A stretch of 64,000 bases of DNA from Thermoplasmata archaeon. GTDB taxonomy: Archaea; Thermoplasmatota; Thermoplasmata; Lutacidiplasmatales; UBA184. Made by a program: the position numbers and the translations under genes. Positions 10,223-19,285 of this stretch are shown here, piece by piece. Numbering within the stretch: the first letter of the stretch is position 1; every line of letters begins with the position of its first letter. The notes under the pieces were generated by a model. That model was not told where the DNA came from. It was given only the letters and a program-made list of their open reading frames with translations, and made no database searches. The stretch is taken from positions 676 to 64,675 of the forward strand of contig DATJVA010000001.1 of the NCBI GenBank assembly GCA_035502015.1, in the 5' to 3' direction.

Positions 10223-10990
10223 ATGACCGATATCCTCCTGGGGACGAGCGGTTGGGACTACCCGGAGTGGGTCGGGCGGGTCTACCCGCCCCGGGGGGCG
10301 ACCGACCGGCTCCGGTACTATGCGGGGATGTTCTCGATCGTCGAGGTCAACTCGACGTTCTACCGTCTGCCTCCCCCTTCGGTCGCGGTGTCGTGGGTGA
10401 AGCGGACCCCGGCGGGGTTCCGGTTCGCCGCGAAGTTCCCCCAGACGATCACCCACGACCTTCGCCTCGTCCGGACCGAGGAGGAGCTCGCCCGGTTCCT
10501 CGCCGTCCTGAAACCGATTCGGGAGGCGGGCAAGTTCGCCGCGGCGCTCCTCCAGCTCCCTCCGTCCCTCCCGTTCGAACCGACGACCGTCCGGCGCTTC
10601 TACGAGTCGCTGCCCCGCGACCTCCCCGTCGCCGTCGAGTTTCGCGAGCGTTCGTGGCTGAACCCGGTGTCGGTCGCGCTCCTGCGCGAGTTCGGCCTCG
10701 CCTACGTCATCGTGGACGGCCCGCACCTACCGGTGGCGCTCGAGGTGACCGCCCCGTTCGCGTACATCCGCTGGCACGGTCACGGGAACCCACTGTGGTA
10801 CGACTACACCTACTCGCCCGCGGAGCTCTCCGCATGGGTCCCGCGCGTCCGCGCGCTCAGCGAGAACGTGGCGACCCTCTACGGGTTCTTCAACAACCAC
10901 TTCCGGGGCGACGCGGCGGTGAACTGCCGAACGCTCTCGGAGGAGCTCGGGCTCTCGCCTCCGGTCCGTCGGGGCCGGCTCGACGCGTGA
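10223..10990 (+). CDS. DUF72 (UPF0759/YecE-like) family protein
   Basis: MTDILLGTSGWDYPEW...FYRLP... matches the DUF72 hallmark. Confidence 0.8.
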   Translation: MTDILLGTSGWDYPEWVGRVYPPRGATDRLRYYAGMFSIVEVNSTFYRLPPPSVAVSWVKRTPAGFRFAAKFPQTITHDLRLVRTEEELARFLAVLKPIREAGKFAAALLQLPPSLPFEPTTVRRFYESLPRDLPVAVEFRERSWLNPVSVALLREFGLAYVIVDGPHLPVALEVTAPFAYIRWHGHGNPLWYDYTYSPAELSAWVPRVRALSENVATLYGFFNNHFRGDAAVNCRTLSEELGLSPPVRRGRLDA

Positions 10991-11004
10991 GCGACCCGGG
11001 ACAC

Positions 11005-11934
11005 CTAGCCGGTCCCGCTCGGTCGCGCGGCGACGGGAGCGCCGGATAGCGGTGCGGCGACCGGTGTCCCGGGCACTGGCTGTGCGGCGGAGACGGTCGT
11101 GTTTCCGCAGGCGGCCGTGTTGTTGATGGTGACGCCGCTCACCGCGCCCGTCAAGGCGTTCACGGTGGCGTTGAACTGTTCACCGGTCCCGGAGGGCGTT
11201 GCGCTCAGCGCGCACGTGGTGTAGATGACGGACCATTCGGCGGGGATGCTCTGGCCGAACAGCGAAACGCTCCCGAGAAGCGCGAACTCGCCGGAGGCGT
11301 CCGGGTGGGCCGAAAGGAACGTGGCCGCGTACGTCCATACCGCAGCCGCCGCCGCCGAACTGTCGATCACGTTCCCCGGAATGGGGGTGAGCAGCTGGGC
11401 GAAGATGGCGCACTCCGTCCCCGTGATGGTGGCGAGCACCGACCCGCTGCCGTTGATCACCGAGGCGATCGCGAGCGCGTCCGTCCCGTTGCGGTAGCCG
11501 AACTCCCATGCGGAGGCGGCGCCCGAAGAACGGTTGCCGGTGTAGGGCGGCACGGTGTACGTGCTCGCACTGGTAACGATGGTGTAGGTGCAACCCGCGG
11601 AGCTCAAGTTGCCGAGGGCCGAGGTGTTCGTCGGGATCGACTCTCCCGTGGGGGTGACGAGGCCCGCGGCGAACAGCAGGGTCCAGCCCCCGCCCTGGAA
11701 TCCGGACATCGTGCGGTCGGCGACCGGTCGAGCCCCGGAGTAGGTGAGGGCTCCGCTGGCCCCGGAGCCGGACGATGTGAGGGTCGGCAGGACGACGAAC
11801 GCGACCAGAAGGACCACGACGACCACGACCGCCACCATCACGTAGAGCATCTTTCGGCCCGGGGACGCGGGGGTGGTCGGCGGGGCGGGTGGGGACGGGG
11901 ACGCCGGAGGATTGGTCGGGGTCGACATGGGCAC
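11005..11934 (-). CDS. Membrane-anchored Ser/Thr/Ala-rich extracellular protein, probable surface glycoprotein
   Basis: Single N-terminal TM (MLYVMVAVVVVVVLLVAFVVL). Low-complexity S/T/A/G-rich ectodomain with at least 9 N-x-S/T sequons. Alternative start at MLYVM (nt 11850). Confidence 0.45.
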   Translation of the reverse strand: MPMSTPTNPPASPSPPAPPTTPASPGRKMLYVMVAVVVVVVLLVAFVVLPTLTSSGSGASGALTYSGARPVADRTMSGFQGGGWTLLFAAGLVTPTGESIPTNTSALGNLSSAGCTYTIVTSASTYTVPPYTGNRSSGAASAWEFGYRNGTDALAIASVINGSGSVLATITGTECAIFAQLLTPIPGNVIDSSAAAAAVWTYAATFLSAHPDASGEFALLGSVSLFGQSIPAEWSVIYTTCALSATPSGTGEQFNATVNALTGAVSGVTINNTAACGNTTVSAAQPVPGTPVAAPLSGAPVAARPSGTG

Positions 11935-12099
11935 CTTCCCGACAGAGACGCCGGAGCGGCGGGATAAGGGTTGGCATTTTCCCGAAGTTAGCGGAGGCCA
12001 CCGTCCCTGAAACCCCCCGTTCTCAGGGCTGTTTCAACCTCTCCCGAACCGCCGCTTTAGAGCGGCCCGGCCGATTCTCTTCTCGGTCGCTCTCGATCG

Positions 12100-12966
12100 A
12101 TGATGGCCGACGCTGTGCTCACCGAGCCCGCACCGGAGGAGCTCCTCGCGGAGGAGCGCTTCCGATTCGAGCCCCGGCCGGTCCCTGCCTCCGCTCCTCC
12201 GGCCCATCCGAGGCTCGCTCCCCATCCCCGGCGGACCCGCGCTGTCCCGCTCCTTCCGACGGAGCCGTCGCTCTTCCCGTGGCTCGCGCGCCGGTTCGCT
12301 CCGGGCGAGGCGACCGTCTGGACCGGCCCGTCGGTCGCGGTCGAGCCGGTCCTCGAGCTCCTCTACGCCGGGAACGCCCGGGCCCGGGGCCGGATCTCGC
12401 TCCTCGAGGGCGAGAACCGGTTCCATCCGTATCGCATCGGCGAGCTCGGCCGGTCGTTCGGGGTCGATGCCGCGGAGACGCTGCGCCGCATCCGCCTCGC
12501 CCGCGCGTTCACCGCCTACCAGATGGTCGCGCTCGTGGACGGGTGGGCCGCGGAGGTCCGACGCCACGCCCCGACGCTCCTGGTCGGCCACGGCATTCCC
12601 GCCCTCTTCGCGGACGCGGAGATTCCCGACGACGAACGCACCGCGCTCCTCGGCCACGTCGCTCGGACCCTCGCCGCGCTCGCCCGCGAGGTCCGCGTCC
12701 CGCTCCTGTTGACGCTCACTCCGGAGGAGTTCGCACGGTTCCGCGCGCTCGCCGACGAGGGACCTCCCTGGTCGGACCTGATCACGTTCGTCCGAGGCCC
12801 CGGGGTCCTGCGCCTGCGCGCGCTCCGGGACGACGGCCGGGTCGCCCTCGTGCCCCGTCCGCCCGGCCAGACCGGCATGGAACAGTTCGGCGGAGAGTTC
12901 GCCGAGGAGGTGATCGCGTGGGACGTACCGCACCGACCTACCGCCAGGCGCTCGAGGAGCGGATGA
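12100..12966 (+). CDS. Hypothetical protein; weak resemblance to a RecA/RadA/KaiC-fold domain with degenerate Walker A (TVWTGPSVAVEP)
   Basis: Coding-like codon usage. First gene of a coupled string ending in PolB. Has GP..... where GPPGSGKT would be expected. The domain call is inference only. Confidence 0.4.
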   Translation: MMADAVLTEPAPEELLAEERFRFEPRPVPASAPPAHPRLAPHPRRTRAVPLLPTEPSLFPWLARRFAPGEATVWTGPSVAVEPVLELLYAGNARARGRISLLEGENRFHPYRIGELGRSFGVDAAETLRRIRLARAFTAYQMVALVDGWAAEVRRHAPTLLVGHGIPALFADAEIPDDERTALLGHVARTLAALAREVRVPLLLTLTPEEFARFRALADEGPPWSDLITFVRGPGVLRLRALRDDGRVALVPRPPGQTGMEQFGGEFAEEVIAWDVPHRPTARRSRSG

Positions 12967-13172
12967 AGCGCTGGGACGAGTTCGCGCGACTCCTCACGAG
13001 CCCCGAGGAGCGGGAGGCGTTCGAGATGGTCCGGACCGGCGCCCGCCGCTACGTCGCGCAGGCGACGTACGTCGGGAGCCCGGACCTCCTAGAGTCGATC
13101 CTCCTCTCCGTCCTCACCGACCTCGCGGTCCGGGTCCGGGCCGAGGCTTCGACGCCGGACGAACATCGCTGA
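12963..13172 (+). CDS. Small hypothetical protein (69 aa)
   Basis: Its ATG overlaps the upstream TGA (ATGA at 12963-12966). It ends 2 nt before the PolB ATG. MKRWDEFARLLTSPEEREAFEMVRTG... Confidence 0.35.
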   Translation: MKRWDEFARLLTSPEEREAFEMVRTGARRYVAQATYVGSPDLLESILLSVLTDLAVRVRAEASTPDEHR

Positions 13173-13174
13173 CG

Positions 13175-15520
13175 ATGGCGGCGTCCCCGGCCGCGACGGC
13201 GGTTGCACCGGACGGCTGGCTCCTCGACATCACGGAGAGCGACGACGGTCGGTCGGTCGTCCTCTGGACGAAGGAGCGGCGGAGCGGCCGCGTTCGGAGG
13301 AGCGCGGTCGAGTACCGGCCCCCGTTCCTCGTCTCGGGTACGCGGAACGACCTCGCGCTCCTCGCCCGGCGATTGACCGACCACCCCGACGTCGAGTCGG
13401 TCGCGCTCGGTTCGGGCCGCCCGTCGCTCTACGACCGGCGGAACCGCCCCGTCCTGTCGGTCGTCCCGGCCCGCAACCCGGCCCGCCGCACGCTCGCGCG
13501 AAGCGTCGATGCGCTCGGCGGCTACGAGCGGTTCTCGCTCTACGACGTCGACCTCGGGCCACCGCAGCTCTACCACCTCGCCCATGCCCTCTACCCGTTC
13601 GCGCCCGTGGTCGGGCGGGCACCCGCGCTCCGCGCGACCGAGCCGCCCGAGACGATCGACTACGCGTCCCCGCCGTTGCGCGTCGCCCCGCTCGAGGTGC
13701 ACCTCGCCGGGGAGCGGAGAGGTCGCATTCCGCCTCCGGACGCGCGGCTCGGCGCGGTGCGGCTCGACGACGTGACGATCGACGGGCCGGAGGAGGACGT
13801 CCTGCGCGCGCTCGTCGACGCGCTCGCGCGCACCGACCCGGACGTCCTCCTTACGGAGGGCGGTGACGCGTTCGACCTTCCCTGGCTGTACCGCCGCGCG
13901 GCCGCCTGCGGGCTCTCGCCCGCGGAGTTCACCCTGGGGCGCGAGCGCGTGAGGTTCCGGCCGACCCGACCGGCCCGTTCGTTCGAGTCGTACGGACGGG
14001 TCCTCCACCGGGACGCCTACTATCCGCTGCCCGGCCGGTTCCACGTCGACCGGGAGAACTCGTTCCTCTACCGCGACGCCGAGATCGCCGGGCTCGTTGA
14101 CGCCGCCCGGCTCTCCCGCCTCTCGCTCACGACGGTCGTGCGCCAATCGCCGGGGACCTGCTTCACCGCGATGGAGATGGCCCATGCGCTCGAGCTCGGG
14201 GCGCACGTCCCCTGGAAGAAGAACCGGCCCGAAGGGTTCCGGCGGGCGGACCGGCTCGTCGCCGCCGACCGCGGCGGGGTGATCTTCCTCCCGCCGGTCG
14301 GGGTGCACGACCACGTCGACGAGTTCGATTTCGCGAGCCTCTACCCGCACATCATGGTCACGAAGAACCTCTCCGCGGAGACGCTCGAGTGCCGATGCTG
14401 TCCGGAAAGCCCGCTCCGCGCGCCCGGCCTCGGCTACCGCTCCTGCACGCGGCGCACCGGCCTCATTCCCCGTACCCTCGCGCCGCTCCTCGAGCGTCGC
14501 TTGGCCTACAAGGCGGCGCTCAAACGGCCGGGGGTCGAGCCGGAGGAAGCGGTCCGCCTGAAGCGGCGGGTCAAGATGCTCAAGTGGATCCTCGTCACCG
14601 CGTTCGGCTACCAGGGATACCGGAACGCCCGGTTCGGGCGGATCGAATGCCACGAGGCGATCAACGCCTACGCACGCGACCTATTGGCCCGGCTCCTCCC
14701 GGAGGCGGAGCGGGCCGGCTACTCGGTCCTCCACGGGATCGTCGATTCCCTCTGGCTGCGCCCGAACGACGTCGCGCACCCGCCGGACCCGGAGGCGTTC
14801 GCGCGCAGGATGAGCGAGAAGGTCGGGATGCCGCTCGGCTACGAGGGGCGGTACCGCTGGATCGTCTTTCTGCCGGCGGTGACCCACGGGCTCGGTGTCC
14901 CGAACCGCTACTACGGCTACTACGAGCACGGCGAGTTCAAGCTGCGCGGGATCGGCGCCCGACGGCACGACACGACCGGGCTCGTCCGCCGGTTCGAGGC
15001 GGAGGTGCTCGCGCTCCTGAGGACCGCCCGGGACGCGAACGGGGTCCGCGCGCTCGTGCCGCGCGTGCTGGCCCGCGCCGACCTGTTCGCCCGAGAGGTC
15101 CGCGTCGGGTCGTGGCCCGTCGACGAGCTCCTCATCGCCCACCGGATCGGCCAGGCACCCGAGGCGTTCGTCACGTTCACCGACTCGGTCGCGGCGTTGC
15201 GGCAGCTCCGCGAGGCGGGGGCGGAGCGGGGGCCGGGCGAGGTGGTGCGGTTCGTCATCCTCGACCGGCGGAGCCGATCGTTCCGTGACCGGGTACGACC
15301 GGGCGAGCTCCTCGAGGGGAACGAACGGTACGATACCGGTGCGTACCTCGAGATCCTCGCCCGCTCCGCGGAGACCCTGCTCGCTCCGCTGGGGGTCGAC
15401 CGCGAGCAGCTCCGTGCGCGCTGGGGGATCGCGCCCGCCCCCGAGCGGGAGGAGTACCACTCTCCGGAGGAGCTCCACCAGTCGCGACTGGAACCGGCCG
15501 CGCCCGACGTGAGATATTAA
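13175..15520 (+). CDS. polB: Family-B DNA polymerase paralog, predicted catalytically inactive (motif C HGIVDS instead of Y.DTD.; Exo I D->P)
   Basis: 781 aa. Motif A DFASLYPHIMVTKNLSAETL is conserved. The KxxxNSxYG region is degenerate (KWILVTAFGYQG). Motif C YSVLHGIVDSLWL has lost the first catalytic Asp. The exonuclease I DxE is replaced by APLEVHL. Confidence 0.8.
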   Translation: MAASPAATAVAPDGWLLDITESDDGRSVVLWTKERRSGRVRRSAVEYRPPFLVSGTRNDLALLARRLTDHPDVESVALGSGRPSLYDRRNRPVLSVVPARNPARRTLARSVDALGGYERFSLYDVDLGPPQLYHLAHALYPFAPVVGRAPALRATEPPETIDYASPPLRVAPLEVHLAGERRGRIPPPDARLGAVRLDDVTIDGPEEDVLRALVDALARTDPDVLLTEGGDAFDLPWLYRRAAACGLSPAEFTLGRERVRFRPTRPARSFESYGRVLHRDAYYPLPGRFHVDRENSFLYRDAEIAGLVDAARLSRLSLTTVVRQSPGTCFTAMEMAHALELGAHVPWKKNRPEGFRRADRLVAADRGGVIFLPPVGVHDHVDEFDFASLYPHIMVTKNLSAETLECRCCPESPLRAPGLGYRSCTRRTGLIPRTLAPLLERRLAYKAALKRPGVEPEEAVRLKRRVKMLKWILVTAFGYQGYRNARFGRIECHEAINAYARDLLARLLPEAERAGYSVLHGIVDSLWLRPNDVAHPPDPEAFARRMSEKVGMPLGYEGRYRWIVFLPAVTHGLGVPNRYYGYYEHGEFKLRGIGARRHDTTGLVRRFEAEVLALLRTARDANGVRALVPRVLARADLFAREVRVGSWPVDELLIAHRIGQAPEAFVTFTDSVAALRQLREAGAERGPGEVVRFVILDRRSRSFRDRVRPGELLEGNERYDTGAYLEILARSAETLLAPLGVDREQLRARWGIAPAPEREEYHSPEELHQSRLEPAAPDVRY

Positions 15521-15542
15521 CCCCCGAATCGGTGGACGGTCG

Positions 15543-17039
15543 GTGGTCGACCACTCGCGCCGTCGCTCCCGCAAGGGTCCCGCCCGCCGGACCCCACCGC
15601 CCGCGGCCGGCTCTCCGTCGGCATCGGCCCGGGCCGCGGCGATCCGGGAGAGCGTCCAGGACGGCGCCATCGAGGACATCGGCCCGGTCCTGTTCGCGCT
15701 CAACGACCCGGTCCCCGGGGTCCGGGAGACGGCGGCGGTCGCGCTCGGTCGGCTCAAGGACCCGCGCGGATGCACAACGCTCGCGATCGCTCTCGCCGAC
15801 CCGGACGCGCGGGTGAGGGCGGCGGTGGTCGAGGCGCTCGGCGGGATCGGCCGGGCCGAGAGCCGGGAAGCGCTCGAACGCGCGCTCGACGACCCGGAGG
15901 CCGACGTGCGGGCGAAGGCGGTGTTCGCGCTCCTCGGGCTCGGGGACGCGCGGTCGAGGCCCGCGCTCGACCGTCGGGTCGATGACTCCGCGCCGGCGGT
16001 GCGGCGCGCGGTCGCCGCCGCGCTCGGCCGTATCGACCCGGATGCGTCGTTCCCCTCGCTCGAGCGTCTACTTGCCGACCCGATCGACCGGGTGCGGCGC
16101 GAGGCGGTGCTCTCGGTCGGTCGGTCGTCGGACCCGAGCCGGCTGGCCATCGTCCGCCGGTACCTGGGGGACCCGGCACGCCGGGTGCGCGTCGCGGCAG
16201 CCGTCGTGGTCGGGCGCCACCGCGACCGAGACAGCGTCGCATCGCTGCTCGCACTCCTTTCGACCCCCGAGACCTGGGAGAAGCCGGCGGTGCTCGTCGC
16301 GCTCGGCCGGATCGGGGACCCGTCCGCGGTACCGGCGCTCATCGAATGGGCCGAGCATCCGTCGCACTGGATCCGGGTCTGCGCGGTCCACGCGCTCGGC
16401 GACATGGGAGGGCCCGAGGCCCGGTCGGTCGCTCTCGCCCACCTCCACGACCCGTACTGGTCGGTCCGCGGCGCCGCCGCGGTCGCGCTCGGGACAGTCG
16501 GACGGCCGGACGACCTCTCCCCGCTCCTTTCGCTCCTGAAGGACGACCATCCGTGGGCCCGACGCGGGGCGATCTACGCCCTCGGGTCGCTCGGGCTCGC
16601 CGAGGCGGCCCCCCGGCTGCGCGAAGAGCTCCTGGACGCCGCCGCGGAGGTGCGCCTCGCGGCGGTGTGGGCGCTCGGGCGTCTCCAGGACGACGGGGCC
16701 CGCGACGACCTCATCCGCCTCCTCTACCAGACCCGGTCCGCACCAATCCGCCCCGCGCCGTCCGGCGCCGCCGAGGCGGAGGAGCGACTGGCCTCCGACG
16801 CGGAGAGCCGCCTCTTCGACGCCGTCGTCCAGGCGCTCGGCCGTCTTTCCCACGGCCTTCCCGACCCGCTCATCCATCGCTCGCTCGTGGACGCCCTCGG
16901 CCGGCTGAGCGATGAGGACCTCGACCGTCTCGCCCGCCTCCCGCTGCCCGAGGTCCGGTCCGACCAGCCGGCGCCGACGCTGCGCGCGCTGTTCGAGACC
17001 GCGCTCCCGTCCACCGCCGACGACGAGGACAGCTCGTAA
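15543..17039 (+). CDS. HEAT-repeat (PBS-lyase/E-Z type) protein
   Basis: At least 12 repeats of about 30 aa with the ...DP...VR..A..ALG.IG pattern. 23 nt downstream of the PolB stop. Confidence 0.75.
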   Translation: MVDHSRRRSRKGPARRTPPPAAGSPSASARAAAIRESVQDGAIEDIGPVLFALNDPVPGVRETAAVALGRLKDPRGCTTLAIALADPDARVRAAVVEALGGIGRAESREALERALDDPEADVRAKAVFALLGLGDARSRPALDRRVDDSAPAVRRAVAAALGRIDPDASFPSLERLLADPIDRVRREAVLSVGRSSDPSRLAIVRRYLGDPARRVRVAAAVVVGRHRDRDSVASLLALLSTPETWEKPAVLVALGRIGDPSAVPALIEWAEHPSHWIRVCAVHALGDMGGPEARSVALAHLHDPYWSVRGAAAVALGTVGRPDDLSPLLSLLKDDHPWARRGAIYALGSLGLAEAAPRLREELLDAAAEVRLAAVWALGRLQDDGARDDLIRLLYQTRSAPIRPAPSGAAEAEERLASDAESRLFDAVVQALGRLSHGLPDPLIHRSLVDALGRLSDEDLDRLARLPLPEVRSDQPAPTLRALFETALPSTADDEDSS

Positions 17040-17977
17040 TGCTGCGGGACCTTCGGCGGGCGGACGGTCCACCGTTCCTCGCGCTGATGGACCGCGGGTT
17101 TCCCGAGGAGTCCGCGCTGCTCGGCAACCGGCCCGAGGAGTTCGAGAAGATCTTCCGGCGCATCTTCCGCTGGGACACCCGTCTTCTCCTCGGCCTGATG
17201 GGCCTGTTCGGCCGGCCGATCGTTCGGGCGCTGGTCGTGGAGGCGGACGGCCACGTCGTGGCGACGACGCTCATCACGTTCCCTCCGGGCTCGGCGTACA
17301 TCAGCAACGTCACGGTCGACCCGGACCACCGCCGTCGAGGGTACGCCCGCGCGATGCTCGAGGAGGCCCGCCGCACGGCGCGCCGGAGGAAGCTCAGGTT
17401 CCTCGTGCTCGACGTACTCGAGCACAACACGGGGGCGCGGGCGCTCTACGACTCGCTCGGATACCAGCCGCTTCGCGCCCGCGTGCAACTGGTCCAGGAT
17501 GCGACGGCGAAGCTCAGCACGGCCCGACCGTCCAGTTCGTCGATCCGCCCGATGCGTCGGTCGGACATCCCGACGCTCGTGGAGATCGCCCGACGGCAGA
17601 GCCCCTCGGCGGTCGAGAAGGTGCTGCCGACGGGGCCGGACCGTTTTCTGGCGAGTGGCGTCGCGAACCGCATGCTGGCGTCCGAGGAGGCCTCCTGGGT
17701 CGTCGACCGGGGGCAGGGGCCCGAGGCGCACGTCGCCGCCACCGTGTCGGAGGCGATGGAGGCGGCGCACCTTACCGCGCCCACCCTCTCCGATTCGGTC
17801 GACGACCGCCTCGCGATCGAGCTCGTCTCGACAGCGGGGGCCTGGTGCGCGACCCGCAGGTCGCCGAGGATCCTGAGCATGGTCGCCGTCGACAATCCCC
17901 GGGGACGCGCCGCCCTTGAGGCGACGGGATTCCACGATGCCGTCTCGCTCTGGACGCTCTATCGGTCGGTCGACTGA
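17039..17977 (+). CDS. GNAT family N-acetyltransferase (N-terminal GNAT domain plus C-terminal extension)
   Basis: ISNVTVDPDHRRRGYARAMLEEA matches the acetyl-CoA motif. Start overlaps the HEAT stop (TAATG). Confidence 0.7.
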   Translation: MLRDLRRADGPPFLALMDRGFPEESALLGNRPEEFEKIFRRIFRWDTRLLLGLMGLFGRPIVRALVVEADGHVVATTLITFPPGSAYISNVTVDPDHRRRGYARAMLEEARRTARRRKLRFLVLDVLEHNTGARALYDSLGYQPLRARVQLVQDATAKLSTARPSSSSIRPMRRSDIPTLVEIARRQSPSAVEKVLPTGPDRFLASGVANRMLASEEASWVVDRGQGPEAHVAATVSEAMEAAHLTAPTLSDSVDDRLAIELVSTAGAWCATRRSPRILSMVAVDNPRGRAALEATGFHDAVSLWTLYRSVD

Positions 17978-19256
17978 CCGCCCCGCGACCCGGGGCGGTG
18001 TCGCCGTCTACCTCTTTCCCGCTGTGGTGGGTGGAGGGCTCGGGGACATCGAAGAGGTGCTCGCGGCTGGCCGATACCTCGCGCGCGCCGGGTTCCCTCT
18101 CTACCTCTATCGCGCGAAGGGTCGCCCTCTCCCGCCGCACGTGGCCGGTCCGTGGGAGTGGCCGCCGGTCGAGCGGTGTCGAACGCTCCGCCCCCGCGCC
18201 GGGTCGGCGCTCACGGTCTCGCCGTCGTGGGGAGTGAGCTCGGCGCCGAGCCGACCCGCCCGCTTCGGGCGCGGAGGCCCGTGGGAGGTGGAGTGCCGGG
18301 AGGTGGAGGCCGCCTACGGTTCGGAGCGGACGCTCCATATCAGTCTCGAGGAGTTCGCCCGCACGCTGCCGAGCCGGGCCGAGACGCGGGAGCGGTTTCG
18401 GGAAGGCGGGGTACCCGCGCGGGCGATCGGTCCGCGCCTCCGGGTCGCGGAGGCGGCCAAGGAGGTCGAAGCGTTCCGCAGGGCGTACCGGGAGTTCCGC
18501 GGGCTCGACCGACCGAACGTCCTCCACCTGTTCGCGACGTTCCGGCCCGACCGCGCGTTCGCTCGGGAGTTCCCCGAGGCCGTTCAGGTGGGACCTCTCG
18601 GCTCCGGCCACCCCGGTCGGGTCGCGGCGCAGGGCACCTCCCGGGAGTGGGTCTGGTACGCGAGCCCGGCGAGCGCGGAGCGGATCGCCCCGCAGGTCGT
18701 TGCGGGGCTCGCCGGCGCGAAGCCACCGGTACGATTGTTCGTTCGGTCCCCGCGGGCATGGCCGGGGATCGCGGGCGAGACCGGAGTCCAGGTCGTCACT
18801 TCGCCGATCCCACCGAACACGTGGCGCCCCCGTTTCCGGCGCGCCGAGCTGCGCATCGTCACGGGCAGTCGGACCCTGATCGAGGCGATGGAGGTCGGTG
18901 GACCGTTCCTCTACTTCAACGGGGTCCTGGGCCGAGGGTCCGGTCGACGGAGGCACCGTCCCGAGAAGTTCCGGGCCTGGGTCGCCCTCGCGAAGGATGC
19001 CGGAGCATCGCCCGCGCTGCTCCGGGACCTCTCCGACTTCGCCCGGGGTCGACGGGTCACCGAGGTCGTCCGCCGCGCCGCCGCCTCCTCCGACGGCTGG
19101 GCCCGGTTCCCGCCGGACCTGGGGCCGGTCGGGTTCCCTCCCGAGCGGCGGGACGCCGGCACGGTGGTGACGGCCGTGGCCAGGGAACTCGCTCGTCCCG
19201 CATCTCGGGCCGCCGAGGTCGTCGCTCGATGGCGTGCCTCGCATCCGTATCCTTAA
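17937..19256 (+). CDS. Hypothetical protein, possibly GT-B-fold glycosyltransferase-like; start uncertain
   Basis: ORF with coding-like composition. RTLIEAMEVGGPFLY resembles the C-terminal GT-B E-x7-E region. No in-frame ATG or GTG near the 5' end other than 17916 or 17937. Confidence 0.3.
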   Translation: MPSRSGRSIGRSTDRPATRGGVAVYLFPAVVGGGLGDIEEVLAAGRYLARAGFPLYLYRAKGRPLPPHVAGPWEWPPVERCRTLRPRAGSALTVSPSWGVSSAPSRPARFGRGGPWEVECREVEAAYGSERTLHISLEEFARTLPSRAETRERFREGGVPARAIGPRLRVAEAAKEVEAFRRAYREFRGLDRPNVLHLFATFRPDRAFAREFPEAVQVGPLGSGHPGRVAAQGTSREWVWYASPASAERIAPQVVAGLAGAKPPVRLFVRSPRAWPGIAGETGVQVVTSPIPPNTWRPRFRRAELRIVTGSRTLIEAMEVGGPFLYFNGVLGRGSGRRRHRPEKFRAWVALAKDAGASPALLRDLSDFARGRRVTEVVRRAAASSDGWARFPPDLGPVGFPPERRDAGTVVTAVARELARPASRAAEVVARWRASHPYP

Positions 19257-19285
19257 TCGGTCCGTCCCTCTCCTAGCGACGTCCC

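Noticed and set aside
13049-17935. Minus-strand ORFs 13049..14653, 14681..16405, 16068..17072, 16724..17935 antisense to PolB/HEAT/GNAT
   Set aside because: No recognisable motifs. Products are R/P/G-rich. The sense-strand genes carry clear domain signatures.
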